From Macrostomum lignano (Eukaryota), in assembly GCA_002269645.1 (NCBI GenBank), contig NIVC01003267.1, forward strand, positions 44,158-108,157: a stretch of DNA of 64,000 bases. Direction: 5' to 3'. The notes beneath the pieces are model-generated. The model searched no databases. It saw only the letters and a program-made list of their open reading frames with translations, and was not told where the DNA came from. Made by a program: the position numbers and the translations under genes. Every line of letters begins with the position of its first letter. Position 1 is the stretch's first letter. This document shows, piece by piece, positions 1 to 19,308 of the stretch.

Positions 1-2057
1 AAACGTATGCTAAAGTTTTCAGTTGGATCGATCGATGCATGTATTTTATATAGAGTTTAGTTACTGCGGAGAAGTCAAGTAGGCTGCTGAACTCGAAAAT
101 GCTGCAAACTTTGTTGAAGACCATGCAGTTTTGGCAGTAGAATGAATGCATTAGCGAGTTAGGAAGAGTTAATATTATATACTACACTCTCGTAGCACTC
201 GAGTCCCAATAAGAGCATGTCACCCTTTTTTACATGGAATTTCCGAATTGCAAAGGACTAAATTAAGAACTATTATTATTTTTACAATGACTGCACAGGA
301 CATTTTATCAACGTATTATCAATTAACAAATTTTCCTTTATGGCTGCTACTAGCAGAGTTATCTAACAAAAGTTAATTTTAAATTATTTTATACAGGTAA
401 TACTCTGCTATTTTTACTATAAGTACAATATCAAGCCCACAATTTTCTCGTCCGAATTCGCCAATGGCGAATCGTGTGATCTTTATCGTACTTTAGTGAT
501 AAACTGAAAACTCCCACTTCGCTTATGCGTTATTTTTTACCAATAACACTGTCGCCACTGGTAACTTTGCTTGATAGCAGAATTTTAGTGCATCGGCTCA
601 CGTCCATGTGTGCATGTGAACACTCGACATTTTAAATTAAATACGTTTTTAACAAAAATCATTTTTTATTTTTTAGCCTTAGAATTTCGTTTTTTTCCGA
701 GAAACAAAATGCAATTACCAGCGGGAAAATAGTTTGAGCCAAGGACAGATCAAGCCATTTGCTTTGTTTTCATTGGGTTGTCACTCAAATCATCACTGGG
801 ATTATGCCAGGGTAATCATTGCGCTAATGTGTGCAGTGGATTGATGGGCGTGTGCAGGGGATGGATGTGTGTGCGTAGGTCGATTGATGGATATGTGCTC
901 AAGGACCACACTGCATGTGCTCGTGCTGCAGGTAGATTGACATGAATGCTGTGGCTGCAAGCTGTAACAAACCCGAAAAATCACAACTCCGGAAATCGCT
1001 TTGCATCATGAACCCGAAATATCACAAAGTAACGCCCAGTTTTCGGAGTGATGACGACCCCATGTAACCTGCATCATCTTCTGTCATCTAAAAATCACCA
1101 AGTGACTCAGAGAATGTACAGTATTCCACACTTGCACTGGTGCATGCCTACATGCATGCAATGGGAACACCCGTTGTTTGCCCACCGCACATTCAGCGCT
1201 CTTGAAAAGCATGTAGCACTTATCATATATGTAGGTTAATTAGGCAAGTAGACTTAATAACTCCGCAAACATGACCCGTCCCATGTAATGGTCTGCCTGC
1301 CGTTCGGTAAGCAGGTCAAAAATTTGTCCGGAGGTTGTCTGACGATTTACAGCGCCACGAAGGCACCGAGTGCACATGGCTGACTACCGCTTGTTGTGGG
1401 TCGTCATTGGTCAGGGCGCCCCACAGCCTTCCTGTAAACATTTGAGTTCCCCAGTGTCCCATTTTTTTGCATGGATGCGCGTCTGATACTACTGACAGAA
1501 AAATCATTTTGCCACTTGCTCACTAAAAAAAGCAAAAAGCACAGAGTCAAAGGTGAAAGCTTGAGTTTTGATGATTCATCAGTTTATTAATAATTTCACA
1601 ATCGTCGCGGCTCACTTGTTTGTCTAGCTAACAAAGTTGTCTGTTCGATAGAGAGAGCTAAGTGGGTAGAAAATGAAAAGGGACTGCGGGAACACAGTAA
1701 TATGTAAATATATATGCGTGCATAGATTAAATAAATAATATATGCATTAAGAAATCACTGCTCGCTCCTGACACAGAGAGCACTTTGCTGAGTTGCTTAA
1801 CCAGAGCGCCGCCTCAGATCCGAGGGAGTAAAAAACAGGAGCAAAAAGAGAGCCGGGCAGACCCGGCTGTGTGCCAATTAAAAAATCTTCTCCCCCACGC
1901 CTTGAAGCCTTCGGAGAACGGAAAATGCCATATTCGAGTCAAGGTGCGCCGGGGGAGAAAGCGGAGTGCGCCGAACAGAACAATCAAAGCTGCTGGTCTC
2001 TGCTGCTACACGAAAGCAATGCAAGAATAACAAGTAAAATTTTCGGTCAGACACACT

Positions 2058-3049
2058 GGGCAGGGAGCGAGTCGCAGGGATTGAGAGCAGCCGGGGGGGG
2101 GGCAGGGAGCGAGTCGCAGGGATTGAGAGCAGCCGGGGGGGGGGGCAGGGAGCGAGTCGCAGGGATTGAGAGCAGCCGGGGGGCAGGGAGCGAGTCGAAG
2201 GGATTGAGAGCAGCCGGGGGGCAGGGAGCGAGTCGCAGGGATTGAGAGCAGCCGGGGGGCAGGGAGCGAGTCGCAGGGATTGAGAGCAGCCGGGGGGCAG
2301 GGAGCGAGTCGCAGGGATTGAGAGCAGCCGGGGGGGGCAGGGAGCGAGTCGCAGGGATTGAGAGCAGCCGGGGGGGGCAGGGAGCGAGTCGCAGGGATTG
2401 AGAGCAGCCGGGGGGGGCAGGGAGCGAGTCGCAGGGATTGAGAGCAGCCGGGGGGGGCAGGGAGCGAGTCGCAGGGATTGAGAGCAGCCGGGGGGGGCAG
2501 GGAGCGAGTCGCAGGGATTGAGTACAGATGGGGGGGCAGGGAGCGAGTCGCAGGGATTGAGAACAGAGGGGGAGCGAGTCGCAGGGATTGAGAACAGAGG
2601 GGGGAGCGAGTCGCAGGGATTGAGAACAGCCAGAGGGGGAGCGAGTCGCAGGGATTGAGAACAGCCAGAGGGGGAGCGAGTCGCAGGGATTGAGAACAGC
2701 CAGAGGGGGAGCGAGTCGCAGGGATTGAGAACAGCCAGAGGGGGAGCGAGTCGCAGGGATTGAGAACAGCCAGAGGGGGAGCGAGTCGCAGGGATTGAGA
2801 ACAGCCAGAGGGGGAGCGAGTCGCAGGGATTGAGAACAGCCAGAGGGGGAGCGAGTCGCAGGGATTGAGAACAGCCAGAGGGGGAGCGAGTCGCAGGGAT
2901 TGAGAACAGCCAGAGGGGGAGCGAGTCGCAGGGATTGAGAACAGCCAGAGGGGGAGCGAGTCGCAGGGATTGAGAACAGCCAGAGGGGGAGCGAGTCGCA
3001 GGGATTGAGAACAGCCAGAGGGGGAGCGAGTCGCAGGGATTGAGAGCAG
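2058..3049. repeat. G-rich minisatellite with two sub-arrays: ~38-41 bp unit GGGCAGGGAGCGAGTCGCAGGGATTGAGAGCAGCC(G)n, then a 35-bp unit GGGGGAGCGAGTCGCAGGGATTGAGAACAGCCAGA
   Basis: About 27 tandem units read directly. The unit type switches near 2520-2620. It lies ~750 bp downstream of the SRPK stop codon. Confidence 0.97.
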
Positions 3050-3806
3050 ATTGTACAGCCAGAACAGCCGGGGGTGACAGCAAATTAAGTGAAAACGAAC
3101 TGAGATCGCGGTGAAATCAGAGAGCGGCTCTGGCCAGCCCCGCCTGGGCACCAGCAGATCCGGAACTGCCTATCCGATCCCTGTTGAGATTCTAATTCTG
3201 GTTAGTTCTAAATTTCTGTGCTCGAAGCTCAGAGCTCAGAAGGTCCAGACGGGAACTGCTGCTAGTAGCAACCAATGCAAGCAACACGAAAAACCCTACC
3301 TACACTACTAGCTAAGGGAATGCCTCCCCAAGTTCCGCCGCCCAGCTGTGGGCGGGAATGCTCGAATGCGGCCAAGAACTGGCATCCAGATGGACTGGGC
3401 GGCGGCGGGGCGGGCAGTGCGCGATGAGGGGTGACAGTGCGAGGCGAGTAACTGAAAGAAACCTCCTTGGAAAACAATCGAACAGAAGCGGATGTTGGAC
3501 GAGGAAAATTCAGTCATTTCTATGCAATCGTCTGCAGTTTTTATAGAAACAAAACCGACTGCGACTTCGGGGAGGGCGGCTCGCCAGCCAGCTAAACTGC
3601 CGGTTGCTGGGCCGGGGTAGCAGGAGAAAGAAATATTCGAAATTGTGCTACTTATAGCAGTACTAAGGTCAGCAAATAGCGGTAAAATTTCAGACAGCAA
3701 AGCGAGATTAAGATGAAAGGCGTCGAGACTTCGGGCTTAGGGAGGGGGCGAGAGAAGACACGGAGATGAGGCGGACAGCCTCCTGCTTCATCGCAGAGCG
3801 GCGATC

Positions 3807-11167
<7,361 letters not shown>

Positions 11168-12129
11168 CTACAGAGGACGGAGGATTGAAGACGTGAACTG
11201 GCAAAGTTTTGCCAAATTTTAGGATAAACAATAATGTTTAGCTATCGATTGATCCATTTCAGTCTCCATTTCAGTGGGGTATATATAGAGTATATAGTCT
11301 ATTTTTAAACCCATTAACTCTCTCTGGGCCTTGATCGGTAAAGAGGCAGGTGGAAGTTAGGGTGGCTGCCTTGCTCACAAAAACAGTCTAACTTTAAAAG
11401 TGCACAGCACCATTCAAGATTAACTTTAAGACTTGAAATTTTACATGATTGCGCCAAAATAGTTCAAGATTGTTTATGTCAAATTTGAAGACAATTGGTA
11501 AAAGTGGAGTGGCGCTATGGAGGATTTAGTGAAAAATGTGCATTTTGAGTAGTTTTTTTTGCAGTAGAAAGACTTGAGTTGAGGAAATTTTAAGATAGCC
11601 TAAGACATTTTCCATAGTGAGTTTAGGGTGGATGCTAACTTGATATAATTTGGTTAAGAAGTTTGGGAGTCCATAGTGATCAAATTTGTCTACAGACAGA
11701 CATAGTTTTCATTTTTATAGGTAGAGATAATATGACCAATTATTTAACATAATAGAATAAGATTTCTTTTCTCATTATATAACTATTGTTATCAATATTA
11801 TATAAAAATTGCAAGCTGCATAATAATAGTATAATTACAATTACTTACTTGTTTTATATCCCTATTATTCATAGTTAATGACTCAATTATCACTGAAATT
11901 TGCTTGCAAAAGATTAGCCTGCCAAGATTGTACCACCAAGATTTGCCAATAGTGCATTTTGCCTATGATTGAATTGCCTGCAAGCAAATTACTGGCTAAT
12001 TTTTTCTTGCTTACTTTGCCTAAAATGCTTTTTTTCTATAGTATATACTAGATTTTGTCTGCATTGCTTCCTAATGCTTAGAATTTTTAAGTATTAATAA
12101 AAAGATTTAGGAATCAAAGTGACCCCTGG

Positions 12130-12406
12130 CTTTAAAAAGCCAATCTGGCCAACCGATTTGGTGGCCACCAAGGTAAGTTGCAAAAATGCCCACCCAAATA
12201 AATACCCAAGTAGTACTAAGTAGATAACGAGACATTTTGCCTTAATAAGATAGTCATAATTACTTCTGCTATTTACCAAAAGTTGCATTAATTTTGCTTT
12301 AGGGTTTATTTTATATGTAATTTGCATTTTTGGACAAAAAGTACATCACATTTTTGTTAAAACTAAGTTGCATGGCCAACTGAAGTTTGGAGGTTGTATA
12401 TGTATG
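12130..12406. mobile_element. Degenerate third copy of the ~290-bp CATACATGCGCAAC MITE (left end eroded)
   Basis: Colinear with the copies at 15601 and 16721 (…AAAAATGCCCACCCAAA…GTAGTACTAAGTAG…GTTAAAACTAAGT…GGAGGTTG…ATGTATG). Confidence 0.8.
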
Positions 12407-12792
12407 GATTAACTCATGACAAGGTATGGCCAATATGTAACAAAAAAATTATTTTTTTTAGTAGCTACATATAGTATTATTCTTATTAAGAAATTTAATT
12501 TAATTTAATTTTTTATTTTAGTTAAAAAACTTAAAAATTCAAGATGCAAAAACTTCTATTTGCTAAAAAATTCAAATTAAAAAGCTCTGACTACTTGGGA
12601 TTTGAACCTTGCTATACATAATCACAAGGCAATTGACATATCCACTTAAGCCACCATTTGCCTATAAGAGAGCCCTACAGAATACACATTTTATATTGAT
12701 AATTATAGCCATGCCTATAAGCTCAAATAATATAGACACAGCTACTATGCCTATAAGCTCCATATTTATAGACATGGCTGCCATGCTTATAA

Positions 12793-15159
12793 GGGTCCCT
12801 AGACATTTTGGTGACAAGACATTTCAGTGACAGCCTTTTTGGTTACAGTTTAGGATGTTTTGGTGACAAATTTAGACAATTTGGTGACACATTTTAAAAA
12901 TATAAGTTAATTTTGTCTGTAAGATAATATACTCATGAACAAGAGTTAATACTTAAAACTTATCATATTTTATTGTTTTATGTTGATTTTGTCACTGACA
13001 TACTTACTTTGCTATATCTATACACTTAATTGGGTCCTGCACCTGTTTAGATAAAAGGTCAGTTGGCCGAGGTGACACATGGCAAGCCGCTTATTTTATA
13101 CACTGCATCATTGTGACATAATCTGCATTGATATACTTATATCCAGGGCAACATGTAGCATATTTTTACTGCAAAATTGATGCAAACAAATGTTGTGGTT
13201 GTACATGTACATACTATACTTTACATGTATATCAGTATAGTATTACCTCCTGATGATTGCAAATCTCAACAGTAAGCTTGTTGAGTAAACCCATTGTGCT
13301 TACTGGGATTTCAATATCTATATGCATTTACTAACAATGCAAATTCTGGAATGGCAAGCACCAATGATTTGGTTGTGCATTTGCTACCATTCTAAAGCAA
13401 AATCTTTGTTAGCAGACAAGCATTGCGCTCATGGTGATATAATATTTGTTTTGAGGGTCTTCCCAAGTGCTAGTGTTTGTAGCTATAATTTTCACTGGAC
13501 TCAAGCAGTTTGGCACAAAGTCCAGAACATAGGACTTCAACAGTTCTATCAAGAAGATAAAGGCATACAAAAGTTTGTCTGGAAAATTATAGCCTTGCTT
13601 TATTTGCTTGCGGACACTATTGTGGCAGCCTTTGATGAGCTTTGGTCAGAAAATGCCATTGCAGCTAACGAACTGATGGGTTTGGCCTTTTTAAGCCTAT
13701 AGCTTTGGGCCTCAGAACTCAGAAAGGAATCTCTTAGAACTCTGGCCTCTTATTCCTATCAGATGGTCAGTCCTAAGGTAGCTAGATTGTGGGCAAGCAG
13801 CAATATCCTATAGCTGAGAGAAGAGAGCGAGAGACAGACACTGGCTTACCAAACTGGAGCTATCAAAGTCGGACTTCCAACTAGAGGGGCACTGCACTTG
13901 CCATCTAGAGGGGCACTGCACTTGCTTGCACGCTAGATGGCACCTGCCATCTAACATCTTTTAGCTGTCTATCTTGAAGTCATAGCGGAATAGAAGGGAC
14001 ATTGCTAGGACTAAGATTGCATTGGCCATGCAGGGACAAAGACAACTTTTGCAGGGGGTTCTTGTGCTGGCAAGCCTTTATGGCAAGCCTTAACACGTCG
14101 ACAGATAGTGATGATATAGGTATATTGTCACATTTGGAGACCCTTAGCCTAACATTTAACTCGTTCTAGCTGCTTAGCTGCTTGAGACTGCATGAAGGCA
14201 CCAGTCTGGCACTTAATTTGCATGCTTATCATGATTACCTAGATCGACTAATTGACTAGGAACTGTGTTGCTTCTGGTCAGCTGTGACCTTTGCCTCTAG
14301 ATCAAGTCACTCGTCTTAGCTAGCATTGCGAAAAATAAAGAAAAAACTAAGTCAAAATTTTCTGAATGGTCCAGCCAGGGATGGTCAGGTCAACTTTGAT
14401 TGGCTGAGCTCAAGACCCCAAGGAAGTTGACAAGTGCAGTCATAAATCATGAAAAAAACTGAATAAAAGTCACTTGTCTAGACATCCTAGCACCAAAAGT
14501 GATTGCAAAAAGCCCATAACTCGAAGGAAAAGGTAATAGAGCAAGTGGGAAAGAGACTAGAAAGACCTCCTTGACCCAGACAGGCTGGATCCAAAAGTGA
14601 CAGCTAGACTGCAAAAAATCACTAAAAATAGTGAAAAAGTCACAAATCAGGGGGTCAGAATGAGATAAAAACATTTTTCCCAGACTTAGTATTGCCTGTC
14701 TAGAGTGTTAGAGGTCATTCTACCTCAGACCCAGATAGCCCAACCTGTAGCCACAGCACTATAGCTATATGAGCTAATAATTAACTAACAATAACTGTTA
14801 AAATATACTCATAAAAATATTATGCTTTTGACATAAATTTCCTTGATTTTGCAATAATCAATAAGGCCCTAGACCTACTAAATCATAAGCCCTTAACTTT
14901 CATAAAATAAATTTAAGTGTAGAGATATAACAAAGTCAGTGACGAAATCAATACAAAAACAATAAAATATGATGAGTTTTGAGCATTAACTCTTGTTTAT
15001 AAGTATATTATATTAGAAACAAAATCAACTTTAATTTTTGTTTAAAACATATTTTTAAAACCTGTCCTTGAATTGTCTTAAATTGTCACTGAAACATCCA
15101 AAATTGTCACTGAAAAGGCTGTCACCAAAACGTTTAGTCACCGAAATGTCCAGGGACCC
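12793..15159 (+). mobile_element. Mutator-like (MULE) DNA transposon remnant with ~240-bp imperfect TIRs and a decayed transposase fragment (~13322-13702)
   Basis: Ends GGGTCCCTAGACATTTT / AAATGTCCAGGGACCC. 12793-13030 is the reverse complement of ~14913-15159. The internal peptide VFPSASVCSYNFHWTQAVWHKVQNIGLQQFYQED…IIALLYLLADTIVAAFDEL matches the recalled MULE 'VFP…C.FH..QA.WR…L.ALAFLP…AFDEL' segment. No TSD was found. Confidence 0.75.
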
Positions 15160-15554
15160 CAGTATATTGAAATATATATATATATAAAACAAAAACTGAT
15201 CAAATAGTATAATTTTCATGAAAATAAGTTATGCTATTTTTCTGAAACCAATCATATAATATATGGACAGACAAACCTTTATACTTTAGTAGATAAATAA
15301 AAAGCAGGCCTATGGCTATGTTATAACTATTGTATGTGTATACTATCAAATAAATTATTTTTCAAATTACAAACCTTTATTAAATACCTTTTAAACTTTG
15401 TCTAACTTGGAATATTCCAACCATTATTCTAACTTATAATGTGGTTAACTTACAAGTTGGAATATTCCGACTCTTATTTTGACTAATAATTTAATGTTGC
15501 AAAATCTAATTTATCATTCCAATTTTTATTCTGATTGATTATTAAATACAGGCA

Positions 15555-16523
15555 CCATAGTCAGGAAGATGGCATTTTACTTGGAAAATTCTGGCATACA
15601 CATACATGCGCAACAGTCGGCCGAGTCGGCCGATCCGGCCGACTGATTTGGCAGCCAACCAAGGAAGTCGCAAAAATGCCCACCCAAAAAATACCCACGC
15701 AGTAGTACTAAGTAGCTGACGAGGCATTTTTGCCTGATAAGACAGTCATAGTTACTCCCGCCGTTTACCCAAAGTTGCGTTAATTTTGCTTTAGGGTTTT
15801 TTTACATGTAAGTCGCATTTTTGGCCAAAAACTACGTCGCATTTTTGTTAAAACTAAGTCGCACGGCCGACCGAATTTTGGACGTTGCGCATGTATGGGC
15901 ATACACAAGGAAATTTTGGGCCAATTTTGGCATACACGGTGTACCACAGTTTAAAGAAAGTACCCCATGGCATGCAATGGCATGCCACAACACACAATTG
16001 TATGCCGCGCCACCATGGGCGTAGGGCTCTGCCCACCCACAATATCCAGAATCCTGATGCATAAAATATATTAAAAAAATTTTTTTTAAACTGAAAAGGA
16101 AAGAAAAAATGTTTTTTTCCAGTGCTAATTTTTTTGTTAACGTCATTAAAATTTCAACACAAATGAAAACTTTGTTTAAATTTGACTATTATAAAGAGAT
16201 GTTCTGAAATTTTGATTTAAATTTCAATTTTCCAAAATTTGGATTTTTTAGAGCAAATTTCGATTTTGAAAAAATTAGCAGTAAATTAAAAGTAGAAAAG
16301 TGAGTGTTTGTTGTAATAAACTTTGTTTTTCTAAATTTTGATTATGGAAAATTTTGATTTCGATTTCAGAAAGTAACAAATTTTGATTTCTAATCCTTCA
16401 TGTGCACTGCTACCCCACCCCCCCCCCCTAGTCCATCCAGGTTCCAATCTCAGTGTACACGGTGTAGCACTTTTTTTACCAACTTTATATTCTGGCGTAC
16501 CCGTGCCATGATCCTGACTATGG
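15555..16523. mobile_element. Non-autonomous 8-bp-TSD element (hAT/P class), CCATAGTCAGGA family, copy A
   Basis: TIR CCATAGTCAGGAAGATGGCA / TGCCATGATCCTGACTATGG. Flanks TACAGGCA (15547-54) and TATAGGCA (16524-31) match at 7 of 8 bases. Confidence 0.8.
15601..15897. mobile_element. 297-bp MITE, TIR CATACATGCGCAAC, perfect 8-bp TSD GGCATACA
   Basis: 14-bp TIRs. GGCATACA occurs at 15593-15600 and 15898-15905. Confidence 0.92.
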
Positions 16524-16720
16524 TATAGGCAATTGAATCAGAATTTATCAATTGATATGACCATCTTTCTGGCCTTTTAAAAATGCCATATAGAGTCAAG
16601 GACATTATTTACTATAATGCTATATTAGCCAATCACAGTAAAAAATCTGAGGCCACAATTGTATAGATTGTTTCATACTTCTGTCAATTAAATGAAAATG
16701 CAATTTATCATAAACTAATT

Positions 16721-17007
16721 CATACATGCGCAACAGTCGGCCAAGTCGGCCGACCGATTTGGTGGCCAACCAAGGAAGTCACAAAAATGCCAACCCGAAA
16801 AAACACGGAGTAGTAGTACTAAGTAGCTGACGAGGCATTTTGGCTTTATAAGACAGTCATAGTTACTCCTGCCATTTACCTAAAGTTGCGTTAATTTTGC
16901 TTTTGGGTTTTTTACATGTAAGTCAAATTTTTGGCCAAAAACTACGTTGCATTTTTGTTAAAACTAAGTCGCACGGCCGACTGAAATTTGGAGGTTGCGC
17001 ATGTATG
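16721..17007. mobile_element. 287-bp MITE of the same family, perfect 8-bp TSD AACTAATT
   Basis: TIR CATACATGCGCAAC / GTTGCGCATGTATG. TSD at 16713-20 and 17008-15. Confidence 0.92.
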
Positions 17008-17335
17008 AACTAATTGTAGACCCATAGTCAGGATCATGTCATGGTATACGCAGGAATAAAAAGTCCCCTAAAAAAATCTATGCCACTTCATACTGAAATG
17101 TACACCAAGGTCCTAGGAACTTGCGCCAGGTTTTCTAGGCTTTGCGACAATAAATGACCTTTTTTGCGTGTTACACATTTTTAACAATAAAAATTTAACA
17201 AATGTGTGGTTTTCATTTAAAGTAAATTGGCTTATAGATAATGCCAACAAAAATCAATTTTTTGTGTAAGTTTTTTTCAGAAAATTTACATGATTAGTTT
17301 GCGTGGAATTTTAAATTTTTATAAATCACAAATAG

Positions 17336-19308
17336 GGGTGCACAACAATTGACTGCCACAATTTGACTGCCACAATTTGACTGCGATCAATTTGACTGCG
17401 GACAATTTGACTGGCGAGCAATTTGACTGCGAACAAAATGACTGCAGGCTCATTCCATATAAGCATGGTCGTAACATGACAGGTTATTTTTACTTATAAA
17501 ATGAAATCTAATAATAGAATATACTAAACCAATATTTTAAATGAAAGATTATTTTGTCTAGAATATATTTATAGAGTTTCATATAGATATCATCATTAGT
17601 ATAGATGCTATTAAACCTTAAATGACACTTATGGTCGTAACGACAGGATTTTTGACATATAGAAACTAAAAAGTAAAAGTCTTATAACATTTTTCATTTT
17701 TGATATTTTGCAATACATTTTTAAAATTTTGACTAAGAACATCTTTAGAAATCATACTCTTTTATTAGAATATATAAACTCAAAAGGCAACAAAGATACA
17801 AAAGAAAAGGCAGCCTTATGGTCGTAACATATTTTTTTCTGTCAATTCAGTAACTTTGAGGTACTAATACATTAAAAATATAATAGATTATTTGGTCACT
17901 AATGCTTTTATCTGATGATGCAAGTACTATACTTTTATCTATAGTTTGTTTCAACCTTCAAAAGCTTTCTATTTGTTTTTAAAAGGTACAAAATCTTAAT
18001 GATGTCTTTTGCTTTGAAAAATGTCCAAATTTTTACAAAAATGACTTTTTGCTAATTGATAACATACTAATCCAACATTTTACTATTCCTTTATTTTTAG
18101 ATTGTATATATTGCACAATATAAACATTTGGTAAAAAAATAGGCTAATTAGGCAATGGCAAGCAAAAATATTGACTTTTTTCTATTTTCCAAATATGTCC
18201 ATCTTATATGGAATGAGCCTGCAGACAAAATGACTGCGGAAATTTGACTACTGACAATATGACTGCGGCAATTTGACTGCCAGCAAAATGACTGTGGCAA
18301 TTTGACTGCCGAGCAATTTGACTGCCAGCAAAATGATTGCCAGAAAAATGATGCTCCTAAAGTTTAGCACTCTGTCAACCCTTTTAAGTCTATGCATTTG
18401 TGAAATATTGTATTTATGAGCTAGAATAATGCAGAACAGAACACATAACTTTTATATAACAAGCTATAACAGCTGTTGAAACTTGCGGATTTTGAACAGT
18501 GGGAAATGGGAATTCCAATCTTAGGAACCATTTTGCATATATTCTAAAATCTGAAGTTAAACTCAAGCAAAAACTTTTATTATTAGAGTTAAACATAACA
18601 TATATTACATTCGTGTAAAATTAGGATTGGAGGCAAACTATTGATATTATTGGCTGGGGTGCGGCGCAGAATGTCAGAAAAACTCTGGCCTCTACTTCTG
18701 CCTCTTGATCCCTATGTTCCTTGCATCCTTTGAACCTTCTATCTTCTCTTCTGTTTTCTCATTTCTCTCTCGTCTCTTCTTTCTTGTCTCTGCTCTCTCA
18801 TCTCCCCTCTCTTATCTGTCATCTTTACTCTTTTATACTGGTATGTTCTCTCACCTTTCTCCTCTGTACTCTTCTCTTTCCCCTCTTTTGACTCCTTTCT
18901 TTCCTTAGTCCTTTTCTTTTCCCTCTTCTATACTCTCTCCCCTTTATTCACTTCTCTCATCTTTCTGCACTCTGCTCTCTCCGCCTTCATCTCTCATCTC
19001 TCTCTCCTTTTTTGCATAACTAGAATGCGCCTAACATTGAGAGAGAGGCGAACATTGAGGGACTAGGGGAGAGAGGAGGAGGAGTGGCCTCTTGTTTTTT
19101 ATATTGTCGGCAGTCAAATTGCCACAGTCATTTTGTTGGCAGTCAAATTTCCGCAGTCATTTTGTCGGCAGTCAAATTGTCGGCAGTCATTTTGTCGGCA
19201 GTCAAATTGTCGGCAGTCATTTTGTCCGTAGTCATTTTGTTTGTAGTCATTTTGTCGGCAGTCAAATTGCTTGGCAATCAAATTGTGGCAGTCAATTGTC
19301 GTAGACCC
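17336..19308. mobile_element. MULE/foldback-like non-autonomous element with inverted ~15-bp subterminal tandem arrays (AATTTGACTGC / GCAGTCAAATT) and a 9-bp TSD
   Basis: Ends GGGTGCACAACAATTGACTGCCAC / GTGGCAGTCAATTGTCGTAGACCC. Flanks CACAAATAG and CACGAATAG match at 8 of 9 bases. Confidence 0.8.
17447..18219. mobile_element. 773-bp MITE inserted in the left array of the MULE-like element
   Basis: Perfect TIR GGCTCATTCCATATAAG / CTTATATGGAATGAGCC. TGCA flanks both sides; it is palindromic, so the TSD length is ambiguous. Confidence 0.85.

Noticed and set aside
800-1510. Minus-strand frame with relatively few stops
   Set aside because: It has about five stops, no recognisable motif and no splice structure, so a gene cannot be supported.
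1871-3151. 381-401 aa ORFs
   Set aside because: They are translations of the G-rich minisatellite, with no unique coding content.
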